64,000 bases of DNA from Rotaria socialis (lineage: Eukaryota), in assembly GCA_905331295.1 (NCBI GenBank), contig CAJNYD010000459.1, positions 186,001-250,000 of the forward strand. The letters are read 5' to 3'. Positions within the stretch are counted from its first letter, which is position 1. Every line of letters begins with the position of its first letter. Shown one piece after another: positions 1 to 13,165 of the stretch. The translations under genes and the position numbers were made by a program. The notes under the pieces were generated by a model. It was not told the DNA's origin and searched no databases. It worked only from the letters and a program-made list of their open reading frames with translations.

Positions 1-2180
1 TCGTTTTTTTAAAATTTAAGTGTTATTTACTTCGTTAACTAATTCTACAAAATATTCAAAAAGTGTAAATACTTGTTCTTGTTCGCCAATAAAAGTTTCA
101 ACAGCTCGACTAAGTACTTTTTCTTTGAAAAAATCTTGATCAAAACCAATACGAAATAAATGCCGAAATTCATTGGCTGTATAAGCACTTTTTACTCCTT
201 GAGCACCTATTGATAATGATCGTTAAGTTCAGAGCAAAAAAAAGATAAATCAGCTTAGTTTATTACGTTTGCCAGAGAATAGTTCATTCAATCGAGTTTG
301 TTCTTGGCGTACATTGGATTTTTTTACAATAAAATTTTTCGATGCATAATTACTTTCAGATAATCGATCAAGTTCGCGAATATCATTTAGTAATTTCTTT
401 TCATCACGTTCATGTTGATCGCGTATAGCTCGCATACGTGCAAGCATATTTCGTCTAAAATTTCATTCATATATATCTAGCATAGATTTTCCAAGAAAGT
501 AGTAAATAGTTATGTCAGGTTGTGATTTTTCTGACTTCTGTTGAACGAGATTAATTGTGAATAGAGCACCTGTCATTATATCCGTTTTGTAGATTACTTC
601 AACATAACAGATCTCAGACACGTCTTTGCATTACTTATAAGAGATGAATCAATTCCCTCAATGTCATCAGCAGTACGACTTGAGCTATTTTGAGATATCT
701 TAAAATCTTCAATGAAATTTGTATCGCCACAATATATTCGTAAATATCCCATGCAGTGACGTTTCAGACTCATCCAGAGACAAAACGTTTTGTTTAGAAT
801 GTGAAATATGATGCATGTAATTGGAAGATAGCCTACGAACTGATCCCAATGATAACCTGTAGGAAATAATCAATATTAGTATTCTTTGCAATTTAAATCA
901 GTAACTAAAATAATACAAATGCTACTGTAAGGAAAGTTACAAGCGTATACTCCATTTCATTTTCCTCGGGTGTTAGATTGACAAATCTTTTTTCCTCTTG
1001 ATGCTGTACGATTCATTTTTAAAAGTAAAGATAAAATCATTGTTTTAAAATTAGCGTATCTTAATTTAGTTAATGACTAAACACACTCTAGATGGAATAT
1101 GGCACTTGAATCTTCATTTTTTTTACTCAGTTAAGGAAAACTGTTGCACGAGCAAATCTGTCTAATCTCATAAAAATCGTCATACCTATTAGCAAAACTT
1201 TCTGAACACTCGTGAGTTAATCGACGCGATTCATCAGTTGCATTTTGCAAGGCAATACGAAGTCGATTATATTCTTCAATCATTTCACGACGTTCATCTA
1301 ACATAAGTTTAATATTAATACGTAATTCAGCATTATTTGCACAAATTTTGCTTAATTCAAGATTCATCTAAACAATTAATATTATTTCTTGATGATCGAA
1401 AACAAAACAGATTACAGACGCGATGCAACTGATTTTCAGCTTGACTTAACTTTGTTTTATTATTATATTGTTCAGTATCATCTTGCTTATTATGCATTTT
1501 TCTAGTTCGCTCTGAATCTTTTTCTATTTCTTTTATCTAAAAGAAATATCGATGTCGTTATTTTTCTCGTAAGTCGTATTTCCAAATCTGAATATTACTT
1601 TAGTACAAAGAGAATCAATAGTTTTTTCAAGATTTTTATTATCTGCTTCGATATATTGTATATGACTCCAAACTTGTTTATAGTCTTTGGGTGGTTTTTC
1701 TTGTTGTATCAAACTCTGACGTAAAAGTAATTCATTTTTTGAACATTTTTCTATATTAAGTAGTTTTCTGAAAATTATCGAAATAATTATTATTTCGTTT
1801 TCTTTTTTTTCAACAGATGTAAAAAGAAAACCTAGTTTACTCTTGTATAACTATTGAATTATGCGTACGATGTAAAAATCGTTTTATGCGCATTTCTAAA
1901 CGTCGATGAAGACTTTTCAATTTAGTTTCTTCAGCTGTTAGGGCAGTTATTCGACTTGAAAATTCCATTAATTTCATCGGATCACTGTTCTGAAAGAATG
2001 CAATAATTATCCACATGTACAAAAACAAAGGAACTATTTATCGTACTTCTGATCTATGACAGGTATTGCATGCATCAAAATCAACATTGTTATTAATCGG
2101 AATGAATTCTTGTTTAATTACAAAGATGAAAATCAAATAAAAGAAACAGTTATATGCAAACTTTAAATCTACCTTCGACA
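1..2180 (-). CDS. Multi-exon coiled-coil protein, outer dynein arm docking complex ODAD1(CCDC114)/CCDC63-like; 3' end runs off the window
   Basis: Exons joined by eye give '...RLTHECSESFANR / NMLARMRAIRDQHERDEKKLLNDIRELDRL...KNFIVKK / ...VETFIGEQEQVFTLFEYFVELVNE', resembling the ODA-DC2 'FIE.E..NF.LF.YVNE' region. Short GT-AG introns. Start position uncertain. Confidence 0.55.
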
Positions 2181-2379
2181 TTATTTGAGTCTTGAATTAT
2201 TTTCAAAGACATAAGAAAAAGAGTCTTTAAATAACGAAATATAAAACCTTTATTTTTTGTTTTGTTTGTTAAATTATATTTCCCGCGTTACATTACATAT
2301 TAACACAAAAAATAGAATTATTCTTTATTTTATAAACGAATAATTTAGTACAAAAGAAATGAAAAAAGAAATACTAGTT

Positions 2380-5300
2380 TTACATTGCACGGTGATTACG
2401 TTCTAGATGAAATTCAATCAAGGAAACAGACAGATTATTCATCGAAAAAATACTTACTAGCACTAGCTCGAGTATTTTTATGTTTTGTCGTTTGTTCGTC
2501 GTCATCTAATAGAAAATAGTAAAAGATTTTCGGAATTAATTTTCGAAAAGCATACTTTTTATTTTTCTAAGCTTTTGTCTTCGCTTTTTTTCTTTTGATA
2601 ATTTTTCTTCATCTTCAATTATTGATAGTTTGACTTTTTTAAGTCTTGCAGAATTCTTTTTAAATTCATTCTGATTATTTGTAATATCATTTTTTTTTAA
2701 TTTTTTAGTTTTTCTTTTACTATTTTCTTTATCATTCAATATTTCTTCTTTATGATCATATTTATTTGATTGAGTTCGTCTTCGAGTTTTGCGTTTAGTT
2801 CTAGCTGGTTTATCATCATCATCATCATCATCATCATCGTCTTCAGATGTTTCGTATGGATGATGGTCGATTTTTGTTTTTTTATATAGTTTTGTTTTTC
2901 TTTTCTTGTTAGCTATTCGACTGAAGTTCGATTGTGATGCTGCCTTTTCATAATCTTCATCGGATGTTTCTGCTAGACGATCGATGGATTTCGATTGTTT
3001 ACGTTTTCGAGTCTTTCGTTTTTTTTCGATCGTTTTTTCTAATGCTGCTTTTACTGCAGTTGCCATCGCTGCTTCTCGTTCAGCAATGATTTTAGCAGCA
3101 CTTCGAGTTTTTCTTGTAGTAACAATAATTGATTTAGCTTTAACTTTAGTAGTAGTTGCACGTCGTCGCGGTTTAGTTGCTACTGTTTCTTGAACAGTTT
3201 TTGGTTCTCTAGAATAATCAAATAATTCGAAAAATTAGTAAATGTGACAACTTACTGTTGATTTGGAAAATGTGAACGACAATTAGCCGTATTGTTCGTT
3301 GTATCTGAATGAAAAGAGAGACAATGACTGAATTTTATCCAATGTGCTAAATTGTTCATTGAGAGCGTAGCGTTTCTTTTCTAATAGCTCAAATCAATTT
3401 ATTCGGTACATTCAAGGTAAGCTAATTTTGTTTTTAATAACTTACGAGAAATATATTCTAATGGTCGTATGAATGGATGAATTTCATCAATAATCACTAC
3501 ATCGTCATCATCTTGAATAGTTGGTCGTTTATATATCTTTTGATCATCACCACTTTGCTCTGTTTTAAGAGTATCAAGAAAAAATGTTTGACCAAAATGA
3601 TGATTATCTCTAGTGAATTGTTTAATATCTATGTAAAATCAAAGAAATCACATTAAAATTGAAACGAAAACAAATTTATCTATGCTACTTGTTCGATTCT
3701 GATCAAGTGATGTGAAAATTGCATTCATCAATACTTTATTGTTTTCATTAGTAGAGGAAGAAGATGTTTTGTTATTAGTATCATCTTCATTTGAGACAGT
3801 TGCATCTTGAAGCATTGTTGGTGAAAAACATAGTCTTGTTGGTATATTTGGTTGAGTATCGGTCAACAATGGATTCGGTTGTGTTACAGCTAAATATGAA
3901 TGATATTGTCGATGAGGAGCACGATATGTTCCATTTGCTTCATCATCATATTCGATGTTTTGTATTTCACCATCCATGAGAGTGTTTTCAGGTTTAACAA
4001 CAAATGTTGTTTCTATAATTTCAAAAGGTTGCCGAATTGTATTACGTGGTAACATATTCATGCTAAATCGATCATCTTTTCTGAACACGGAAATATCTTG
4101 TCCGCCAGGACTATGCACTTTAATGGATGGAACTACTGTAAGACGCTTTGGTTCTAGTTGTGATTCTAAATATTAATTATTATGATTATGTGATATAGTT
4201 TTTAAGAAAAACAAAAGATTTTTCGTTTACTGCGAATCATTTGTGATAATAATGGTGTTAATGTTTTAGTATTCTTTGAAGAGAAATAAACAAATCTTTG
4301 GAATAAAAAATGAATATTAAAATCTTATTTCAATTACCAATAGTCTGGATACACGTCTATTAACATTATCATCATCATCATCTACTTCTTCTATTGTTTG
4401 AATATTTGCTGCCGGGCTTTTTTGTACTACACGAGGATAATTATTATTACGAGAACGAATATCTCCAGGATTTAGTAGATTTCTATTTTAGTATCAAAAT
4501 TGGTTTTTCTTAAATATGAAAAAAAACGAAGTATAAATTAAAATGCATACTGGTTCATTATAGAGTGAATTTCTTTCCAATGTTCATCTTCTTCTTGAAT
4601 AACTTGTTCAATAGCATTGCAATGTTCTTTAATAATAGCACGTACACTTTCCATTCTCTAATAATAAAAACTATGTCATAGATCGATAGAAATCATACTA
4701 AGTACTTTATCAAAATAAATTCGAAGCGATTGTGAAGCTAATTCAATCATATTATCAAGTAAATGTAATTTATCACGATATTTTAATAGATGTTCATCAA
4801 TTTCAGTTATATTCTGTTCGATTTCAATATTATGAGAAAATCCACTTCTCATCTGTTTTTCTAGTTGAACTAAATTTTTCATACAAAAAAGAATGTTTAT
4901 TTTTTATTGATACATTAATTTATTGATTTACCATTAATACTAGTTTCAATAAGTTTTCGTGCTAATCGACGTTTATTATGTGTTGATAGAAATCGACGTC
5001 GATTCCAAATTAATGGAATATCGAACACAGTTCGATTCAGCACAGTCATTTATTATTTAAAAGGCAGGAAAAAAGAACAGCGTAATGAAATTAGATGTAG
5101 AAATGAATTTTTCTTTAGTATTAATCTTGGCGATTTTAACTACGAACGAACGAATACAATTATTTGTCTGAACCGTCGTAGTGATCGTATCTATTCTATC
5201 CAATACATTATCATGGATTACAGATGTCACAAATTGCATTTGTCAAACGAATATTTTAGTTCACTTATCTTGATCATAATCAATTTTTGGTTGGCACATA

Positions 5301-5600
5301 AAGATGATAAATTAGTTCGCCGAAGTAATTAAGGATATTTTGATCTAGATAAGAGAATAATCTGACTTAGAAAATATGCAGACTAGTATCGAACCTTCAA
5401 ATTAATTTATTATTTTGTATTGGAAAAATCAAGAAAAACTAATAGAGAGATCAGTTGTAGGATATAGAAATTGCCATTTTCTATAATTCTTCTTATTCTG
5501 AAGTTCTAGAAAAATCATAATCGATTAATATTTAACTCTTCGAAATCTTCTTCAATTGTTTATGTACGTGTTTTTACATGTCATAAGTGGTCGTGTCATT
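2380..5600 (-). CDS. Multi-exon uncharacterised protein: N-terminal helical/coiled-coil part, low-complexity middle, Lys/Arg/Asp-rich C-terminus; 5' exons appear to carry stops
   Basis: ORFs 2536-3066, 3648-4118 and 4676-4882 are flanked by GT/AG sites on the - strand. The last exon reads 'RNHRAM*' near 2380. 5' boundary uncertain. Confidence 0.5.
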
Positions 5601-7244
5601 TTTCTTGATATTAATCAACATTTTCGTCTACTTCTACAAAATGCCATGTTTGGAATGTATCATTTTTCTTTCATCCTATGCGCGTGTTTTTTTGCTGTAC
5701 ATCAAAGCAATTCGTTTCCTGTGATGATTTGAATCATTATATTTATTTTGTTTTTACCAAGGTTATTTAAATTTTTTTTTCTTCTGATTCATACAATAAC
5801 AAGATTCCTCTTTCATTTGAAAAACTAAATAAAATTGACATATGAGACGTTAGCAAATAAAAGGTTTTCAAATTCGAGCACATGCGTTCTTTGTTATAAT
5901 CAAAAAAATCAAAAGAATTCTGTCGATGTGAAGTTTAAGCATATCGTTACAGGTTAATTTTATCAATACAAGGGTCCTTCATCAATTGCTTCGGATTTTT
6001 TTTCAATGCTCTGCTGTCATTGAAAAAATAATGAAAGACTGCACATGACTTTTTAAGGTTCGAAAAAAAAGGCAGACATGTTGCAAACGAAACGATGCAC
6101 ATACAATGGAAACAATTGGAATGTTACTGCATAGTGATGAAATACATGAAAAGTATGTCGTGAATGTTTTGTTTATCTAACCGAATTCTATTGTGGCGGG
6201 ATGCAGCTTTTCTACATCCTTAGGCATTTTTTGATAGTGAAACGCGAGTGTATATTTTATTCAGAATTTATAACAAAAAAAATTCTGTTGAAATTTGACC
6301 TAGAGATGACATAGGTAAAGAGAAAATTTTCTATTCTATCTTTTTGATTATTTATTTATTGTTCAATAACTGTGTACTATAGATACAATTATTGTACGAT
6401 ATGTCTCATAAAAATAGAATAAATGAGAACATTATTGTTTGGAATTATTTCAAGCCTTTGAACAACTCTATAATGTGTGTGCCACCGTCTGTGACATAAA
6501 ATTAACGACGAGGCAATCGATAGCTTCACCACGGTTTCTATGAAATTTGAAGGTGAAATCTAATTACATAAGACGCATGATTTATTTTTTATTTAATATT
6601 AGATAATATTATACCTCAAACTATTATCAAGTGTTCATCGATTTAAACACAAATATAAAAGATATGAGCAATTATTTCGATGTAAAAAATGCTGTCATTC
6701 GCCCCAGGTTTTATTATTGTTGATAGCTATTGCTTAAAAATATTAAAATGTTACACACATAAAGTGAGAAAATAAAAATAAAATTCTAACTCCTTTACTA
6801 ACCATCTTAGTAGCAGATAGAGTAAACACATACGAAAATATGACCAATTATACAGTGTGCTCATCCTATTTGTATTCCATGGAGGTAATCCAATTTTAAT
6901 GGGGCTTATGCCAAAAGTAATTGGTATTACATTAGGTTATATTATATGTAATATCAATTAAAATTAGTTAGATTAACACTATATCGTAAAAATTTTATGT
7001 GATAGACTCAACAATAAAATCCAGTTAAATTCATTAATGTGTTGATTCCAAGCCAACTCTAAGAAATAATTCTGCAGATTCGTACTTCCAATAAGAAATA
7101 TGTACTTATCCTTGAAATTCACAATTTTGCTTTTAATTAGAGAAAGGAAGCATCGAATAGTTCTTATTTTCCGGATCCGATTGGTCAAACGGTGCAATCC
7201 GGATTCCATACCCGGATTGAAAACGGGCAGATCCTGGCTAGGTG

Positions 7245-7483
7245 TCTAGGTCGGAAACTATTCATATTCCTTCGTTTCCGATCGCCAAAAGGAAACGATC
7301 GGAAAATTACTCAGGAATCCTGCTGTAAACGGAAACCGTATCCGCTTATCGCTTCCGGAACCCAGAGTTAGCGGGGAATACCCGAGAAACAGAGATCGGA
7401 AAACTTTTCGGAATGCTGCTTCCTGGATTTGATGGAAAATCACCGGATCAGACTGTTTCCCCCCGTACGTATTTGGCCCGGGG
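7245..7483. mobile_element. Degenerate MITE with CCCAGGTCG-type termini
   Basis: GC-rich island in AT-rich DNA. Left end TCTAGGTCG, right end GGCCCGGGG followed by TA; both resemble the termini of the element at 9668-9898. A related GC-rich fragment lies at ~7170-7240. Confidence 0.55.
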
Positions 7484-7668
7484 TAGTATAATCTAGAGAA
7501 AACAAACAAGGCTTGTGTTCGAAGACAACAACGCTCCATTTATTTTTATGTGTTATTGCGAATTTGAATTAAAACGAAGCGAAACAAAATTGAATCGATA
7601 TATATTTTTAGTGTCCACACGAATAATTTTTTTAATTAATTTATAGATAATAGTGAACACTATAGCGT

Positions 7669-8070
7669 TCTCCATGTAATAAAAACCGCATGAAAATCGG
7701 CGGTTAACCACGGTTTTACCGGTCCGGTTACCGGCTCTCATTACCGCAGAACGGATAAATACCGCGGTTTACCACAAAAAATGATCAGGAATTTACACCA
7801 GTACTCNACCGCCGGTTTTGATTAATACCGCGGTTACCGCTAAAAAAGCGGTTAACCGGTTCATCTATAATTTTTGACAGAAAAAGTCTTCCAAATCATC
7901 AATTAAACTATTTTAAAGATCCTTTTTTTTACTTTTACACGTGATAAACATGCGCAAAAAACCGCCGGTTTACCGCGGTTTTACTGGTCCGGTTACCGGC
8001 TCCCATTACCACAGAACGGATAAATACCGCGGTTTACCGCAAAAATTGATCCAGTATTTGCAACATGGGT
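7669..8070. mobile_element. MITE-like element with an internal ~80-bp direct duplication and many ACCGCGGT/GGTTAACC palindromes
   Basis: CGGTTTTACYGGTCCGGTTACCGGCTCYCATTACCRCAGAACGGATAAATACCGCGGTTTACC occurs at ~7711 and ~7976. The ends CTCCATGTAATAAA and TTTGCAACATGGGT are imperfect inverted repeats. Contains one N (7807). Confidence 0.6.
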
Positions 8071-9667
8071 CACTATTACTTTTTGACTATTAGGTCCAGT
8101 CAAACTGTCGAAAAAAACATTCAACAAGGAACTTTTATTAATGATCTCGAAAACAATCGAAGAATAGTTAGTCATATTTCCTCTAATAACAAATGTCTGT
8201 TGATCAGGAAAAAATACTGAAAAATAAAAAAAACATTTTGTTCTATTTTAGCTGATTTTATTAAGCAGAGCTTCTATAATTGAAGAACAAACTAAAATAA
8301 GCTCAACTAGATATGTTTCTCTTTAACAATTCATTTAATTATTTTTGAAAGAGATTCTTCTGTGTAATGAACAGTCAATATCCCGTAGATCTTCCTTCTG
8401 TTTATTGTATTTGCCGTTATAAAGGCATTCGATGACGGTAGATATTGATGTAATCCCTTGTCATTGTGTACGAGACATATTCAAGTTAGGACATGTTTAT
8501 CATGTTGTATACACGTGCCACTATCTTTCAATATTCATCGCAAAAAGGTTATCACTTCTTTAATGAGGAGAAAACAAATGGACACTCACAATGCATTCTT
8601 ACAATCGATCATATCATAGAATTGTCTACATTGATATGTTGTGTGGATCATTTCTGAGGAAACAACTTCTTCACCGATATTCTCTCAAGAACTTATTTCA
8701 CCAGAGTAAACATCAATACGATGAACATAAACAATTATTTCAAAGAAGCTCTTTTAATAATCAATAAAAAACAGAAAACAACAAACGAACATAATCAAGA
8801 GCTTGAGAAAAAAGAAATGGTTAATAAGATAAAAATTGTCCAAAAACAATGACAACCGGTCTAAAAATACAAAAGAATATATTGAATTTGATAGAAATCT
8901 AAAAAAACATACCATGATCATGTTAATGAATAAATTTTCGATACATTAGTTCTTCAACTTCATCGCCTTCCATTGAAGTGGACATAATATCGCTATCATC
9001 AGTTTTTTTCGGACCATCACGATCACTTTCGAGGCATCATTTTTTAATTAAATGTTGAATTTGCTCAATTAATTTGTCATTAATGAGATTTATGATTGAT
9101 GGATCTTCATTATCTCTGTATATCCACTTAGTATAAGCTTTGCCATGGGTTGCATCAGATGAATAAAAATAACGATGATATTTTTTATTTAATGCATCAA
9201 TGTAAGATGAACATAGTAAACAAGGTATTTTCGAAATACTTATTTCAACTAGATTCAAATGATCTGCCTGATTGATGTTATTTTTTAATAAATAATCTAT
9301 AAGTAAGATTTCGGCACGTAGGTGGCCAACATAAATAGGTTTTTCGTCAATCATTTTCAATTTTCCTAAGTATTGCTTATAAAAAGTATCACTTGTAGTC
9401 TGTTGAAGAATTTCGAGATATTTTGATCTGATGAATGAATTAGATTTGTGAAAATGTTTTCAAATGCTTGTCGTGAAGTAACATTCAATTGGTGTGTTTG
9501 TTCAATTGGTGGAGCGAGTTTCCATGAGATATTTTTATATATTTGACCAAAATGCTCCTTATTATTAGACAAACATTTCAAAACAAGATTTTCTGACCGT
9601 AAATGAGCCGATGCCTTTTCAAAATAATGAACACCTTTATCAGCTGTTTTCACCGAATGATTAAGTA

Positions 9668-9898
9668 CCCAGGTCGATCAACTTGTGTCGTACACGGCCG
9701 TTTGGCCATAATTTACGGTCGTTTGGTATGCACCGTATTACGGTCGTTTTTGTATCGTGCTATAAACGATCGGATACGGTGCATGTCAAAACGTCAAGTT
9801 ACGGCCATTTACGGTGAGAAATGGCAGGAAACGGCAGTATACGTTAACGTTTACGGCCGTATGCGACCGTTTCTGGTAGCCGTAATGCTCGACCTGGG
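9668..9898. mobile_element. MITE, 231 bp, TIR CCCAGGTCGA, TA target-site duplication
   Basis: TA|CCCAGGTCGA...TCGACCTGGG|TA. Interior is rich in TACGGYCGT repeats. Excision restores the host reading frame. Confidence 0.92.
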
Positions 9899-10318
9899 TA
9901 TATATCGAAAAAAGCGTGATTGAAAAAGCATCGTGGCACGCTGTGCTGCTAAAATCAACTGTTGATCAGTTGGATTAACTTAATTTCCAAATATTTGATC
10001 ACGAGCTACTAAAAATTCATTAAGGCTTCTCAATAGAAATTTCATATAATCTTCTTCGGTGTCATTTTTTGATATTAGAAAGATTTTGTCAGTCATTAAT
10101 GGATAATTTCTGTAATATTCTTTATTGGATTGAAGTTCTTCAATAAAATGATACTTTTCATGTGTATTCCATCGAACCATTTTAATTAATCCATGAATGA
10201 CTTTAGAATTTCGACCAGCAAAATAATTGATGATTTTCTTCGAATTATATTCAAATATAATAGAATCCAATTGATCTCTAGCTTCTTCTATTGCTTTGTC
10301 TTTGATTGAAGACATATA

Positions 10319-10471
10319 TGTCAAACTTGAAAGTTGAATTCAATTGAATATTGAAATTTTCAACTTTTAAACCAATAGCATGCCGAAGAATCGTGACTCC
10401 CACCTTTATCACTATGAGTTGAAAGTTGAAATTTTCTATTTTCAACTGAATTCAAGTTTCAAGTTTGACAC
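10319..10471. mobile_element. MITE, ~153 bp, with ~30-bp TIRs
   Basis: TGTCAAACTTGAAAGTTGAATTCAATTGAA ... TTCAACTGAATTCAAGTTTCAAGTTTGACA, with TA on or next to both flanks. It interrupts the deaminase coding sequence. Confidence 0.85.
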
Positions 10472-10531
10472 TACTGATTAAACATAATCTGATATAAATC
10501 CGAATTTAACGAAAAAATCGATTGAAATATT

Positions 10532-10831
10532 TCCAGATCGCCTAATCCGACGACGGATCCTAAAACATTCTACTAACCGAGGAAATCCAGTTGGATTCTG
10601 GGTTTCGGAACTATTGACGGATCCGATGGAAGGATTTTAAAAAATATCAAAATTCTATTTAGTGCAAAAAAAGCTTTTTAGAGGCTGACTATAGCAGGCT
10701 TTTTGACGCATCGGATCCCAGAGTAGGATACGATCGGATAGTATCGGACTCCGAAGCCCGGAATCCGACGAAATCTGTTGGTTCTTCTCAGTTTTCATGT
10801 GAGATCCGATTGTAGGAATGAACGACCTGGG
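10532..10831. mobile_element. MITE, ~300 bp, CCCAGGTCG-type termini, interior rich in GGATCC/ATCCGA motifs
   Basis: Left end TCCAGATCG, right end CGACCTGGG. The host protein reads ...ITATDEQ before the element and YFNRFF after it. Confidence 0.85.
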
Positions 10832-11623
10832 CTGTTCATCAGTTGCTGTGATTGGTTCATTCCGAGCAATAAATATAACATGATCAGCTTCAGAAACATA
10901 AACAGCTGTACATGTTGCACTTCCATTTAGAAAAAAAACAAAACTAGAAAGAAATTTTGATCTGTCTGTCACATCTGTTGTTCGTATTTTTTCTTGAGAC
11001 CCAGATAAACCGTAAGATAAACATTCATAAAGGAGAATCTTACTAAGAATAAAATCACTCATTTCAAACCTAAAAAAGATTTCAATGTCTAATTTGAAGA
11101 CGAAGGTTAGAATTGTGAAAATTTTTCATAACTTCTTCACAAATATATATCAAGATTGATCTAAAATAAATTTTATTTAAACAGAGAAATGTTTGATTCG
11201 ACAAAGGAATCAATCAGCAGTGTGTCTTCTTTAATAAATAAAAAGAATTGTATATCATATCATACCTTCCTTTGTAAGAAGCCATCGATGGTCTCCATTT
11301 CTTTTTTTCCTCTTTGAACATGTCACGACCTCTATTGGTATGCCTAATAAAAAAACACGCAGAGATGGGGCATGATTAATGTAATAGCCTTACGTGTACT
11401 GAGCTGCAATCGTTTCAATTCGCCTAGTAACTTTTTTTTTATGCAATTTTTTTCTTTTTCATTTTTCTGAGAGAGCGTCATCATGCTTTCTGTTCTGTTT
11501 AATGGCCTGCTTGTCACTATGTGCCATTGTTAAACAGTATGTTTTTATTTTATTTTGACTCATTCTTCTCTACGTCTCTTTTTTTACATTTGAAAAGCTT
11601 TAACAAAGTACGATTTACGTTCA

Positions 11624-12694
11624 ATGTCTGATAGTGTAACTGTTAATTTTCTCTCTACATCAATAAATTGTGACCATTCAGCATCCTCGAATGCGCCGTC
11701 ATCATCTGATACAAATGGATATGATGTTAAGCCCGAAAATAATTCTGATGAATCATTTATTTCAAAGAAAAAATTAATACAATTTCAACCAACAGATCAT
11801 GATATATTTCATTCATCAAATTTCAATGGGCCATCATTTAAACAAATTATTGTTGTATTTTTCTTGCTTGTCATAGTTACATCATTATGTTCATATTTAT
11901 ATAAAGATTCATTAGTTAACATTTTACTTATTCTTGACACGTTACCGTGGTGGTGGACTTTCATATTTTTTTGTGTCCTATTTACACTTGTTTCCCTGCC
12001 GTTTGCTTGGGGTACGTACAAATTTAGGAAAAATTTATATATTTATAATTCAATGCATATGTTTTATTTAGGCTATATATTATTAAATATAGCATGTGGT
12101 TTTCTATATGGACTTCTGTATGGTATGATATTCATAATATTATACGTTAGTATTGGTTTATCCCTATCGTTTTTTATTTGTAATTATATTTTAACACATA
12201 ATTTTCGTATTATTAAAAACTTAAAAACAACATTTGAAAATAGTGAAGTAATTCAAACATTAATTAAAGTTCTCAATAGTGTAGATGGTTATAAAATTAT
12301 TTTTCTCAGTAGACTTACGCCAGTAAGTAATTTATTGCTTTCTTTTTAAAAATCTTATCAATATATTCTATTTCAATAGATCCCTCTTGGTTTACAAAAT
12401 GGATTTTATTCAATTAGTAATGTTCCTTTTCGCATTTATCTTTTTTGGTCATTATGTGGCTTGATACCAACTCAATTAATTTATTGTTTTCTTGGTTCAC
12501 GGCTACATTCAATGACAGATTTAATATTAATTGACAAACGAACGAAAACCGTTGGAATCGTGGTCGGTGTTTGTGAGTGCGTAATGACATTTGTTTTAAC
12601 TTATTATGTATTTCATACAGCTAAAAAAGTACTTAATAAGTTATTACTTGAAACATCGGCATCAAGTGAAGCTTTGATTGCAGTTAAACAATAA
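11624..12694 (+). CDS. TMEM64: Transmembrane protein 64-like (VTT/SNARE-associated DedA family), 3 exons
   Basis: 'LVSLPFAWG / YILLNIACGFLYG', 'IIFLSRLTP / IPLGLQNGFYSIS', 'GLIPTQLIYCFLGS'. Introns at ~12011-12071 and ~12323-12379. Confidence 0.85.
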
Positions 12695-13165
12695 AATAAT
12701 TGATTTGTTTTATTTTCTTACTATAATAAATCACTTTTGACTTAGTATTATTATTCTTATTTGGCACAATAAACAATCAGTTACGAAATGGATTTAACCG
12801 TAATTATATTTTCATTGATTTAAGTTGTGTCCATAATTTGAAAATTTTTATATTCAATGCTGGAGTTCAATTTCTACCTAGAATAACATTTTTTTTCTGT
12901 TTGGTGTTTTGATATTCTGTATGTTAAAATAATGAAAGAGTCACGATATAGATAACTATGTGATGGTGAGGATTGAATTCGTTAAACTTATAATTTGTAT
13001 TAAAAATAAATATAAAATGGCGAATACCCATAACATGCCATTAGTAACTACAAAGATAAAATGGTTGTAGATTAATTATGATAATTTAAAGATTTGCTGG
13101 GTATTATAAATACATATATGCTTAACATATTTAAAACTTAAAAAATAATCTGACTCTTGTTTGAG

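Larger units (their letters stand above)
8923..11062 (-). pseudogene. OTT_1508-like nucleic-acid deaminase, disrupted by three MITEs, in-frame stops and frameshifts
   Basis: N-terminal 'FLSSFVFFLNGSATCTAVYV...IFIARN' and C-terminal 'HLRAEILLIDYL...EISISKIPCLLC...THGKAYTKW' match the HAE...SKxxCxxC deaminase signature. Removing 9668-9898 plus one TA restores the frame (…SRFFRYILNHSVKTADK…). Stops at 9980-9982 and 9037-9039; frameshift near 9420. Confidence 0.8.

Noticed and set aside
7258..8175. Track ORFs 7258-7539, 7553-7741 and 7993-8175 (likewise 9603-9923 and 37713-38006)
   Set aside because: They run through GC-rich MITE or tandem-repeat sequence, which lacks stops by composition, and show no protein motifs.
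8340..8730. Possible decayed exons on the - strand downstream of the deaminase
   Set aside because: Short open stretches with stops and no recognisable motif; a call cannot be supported.
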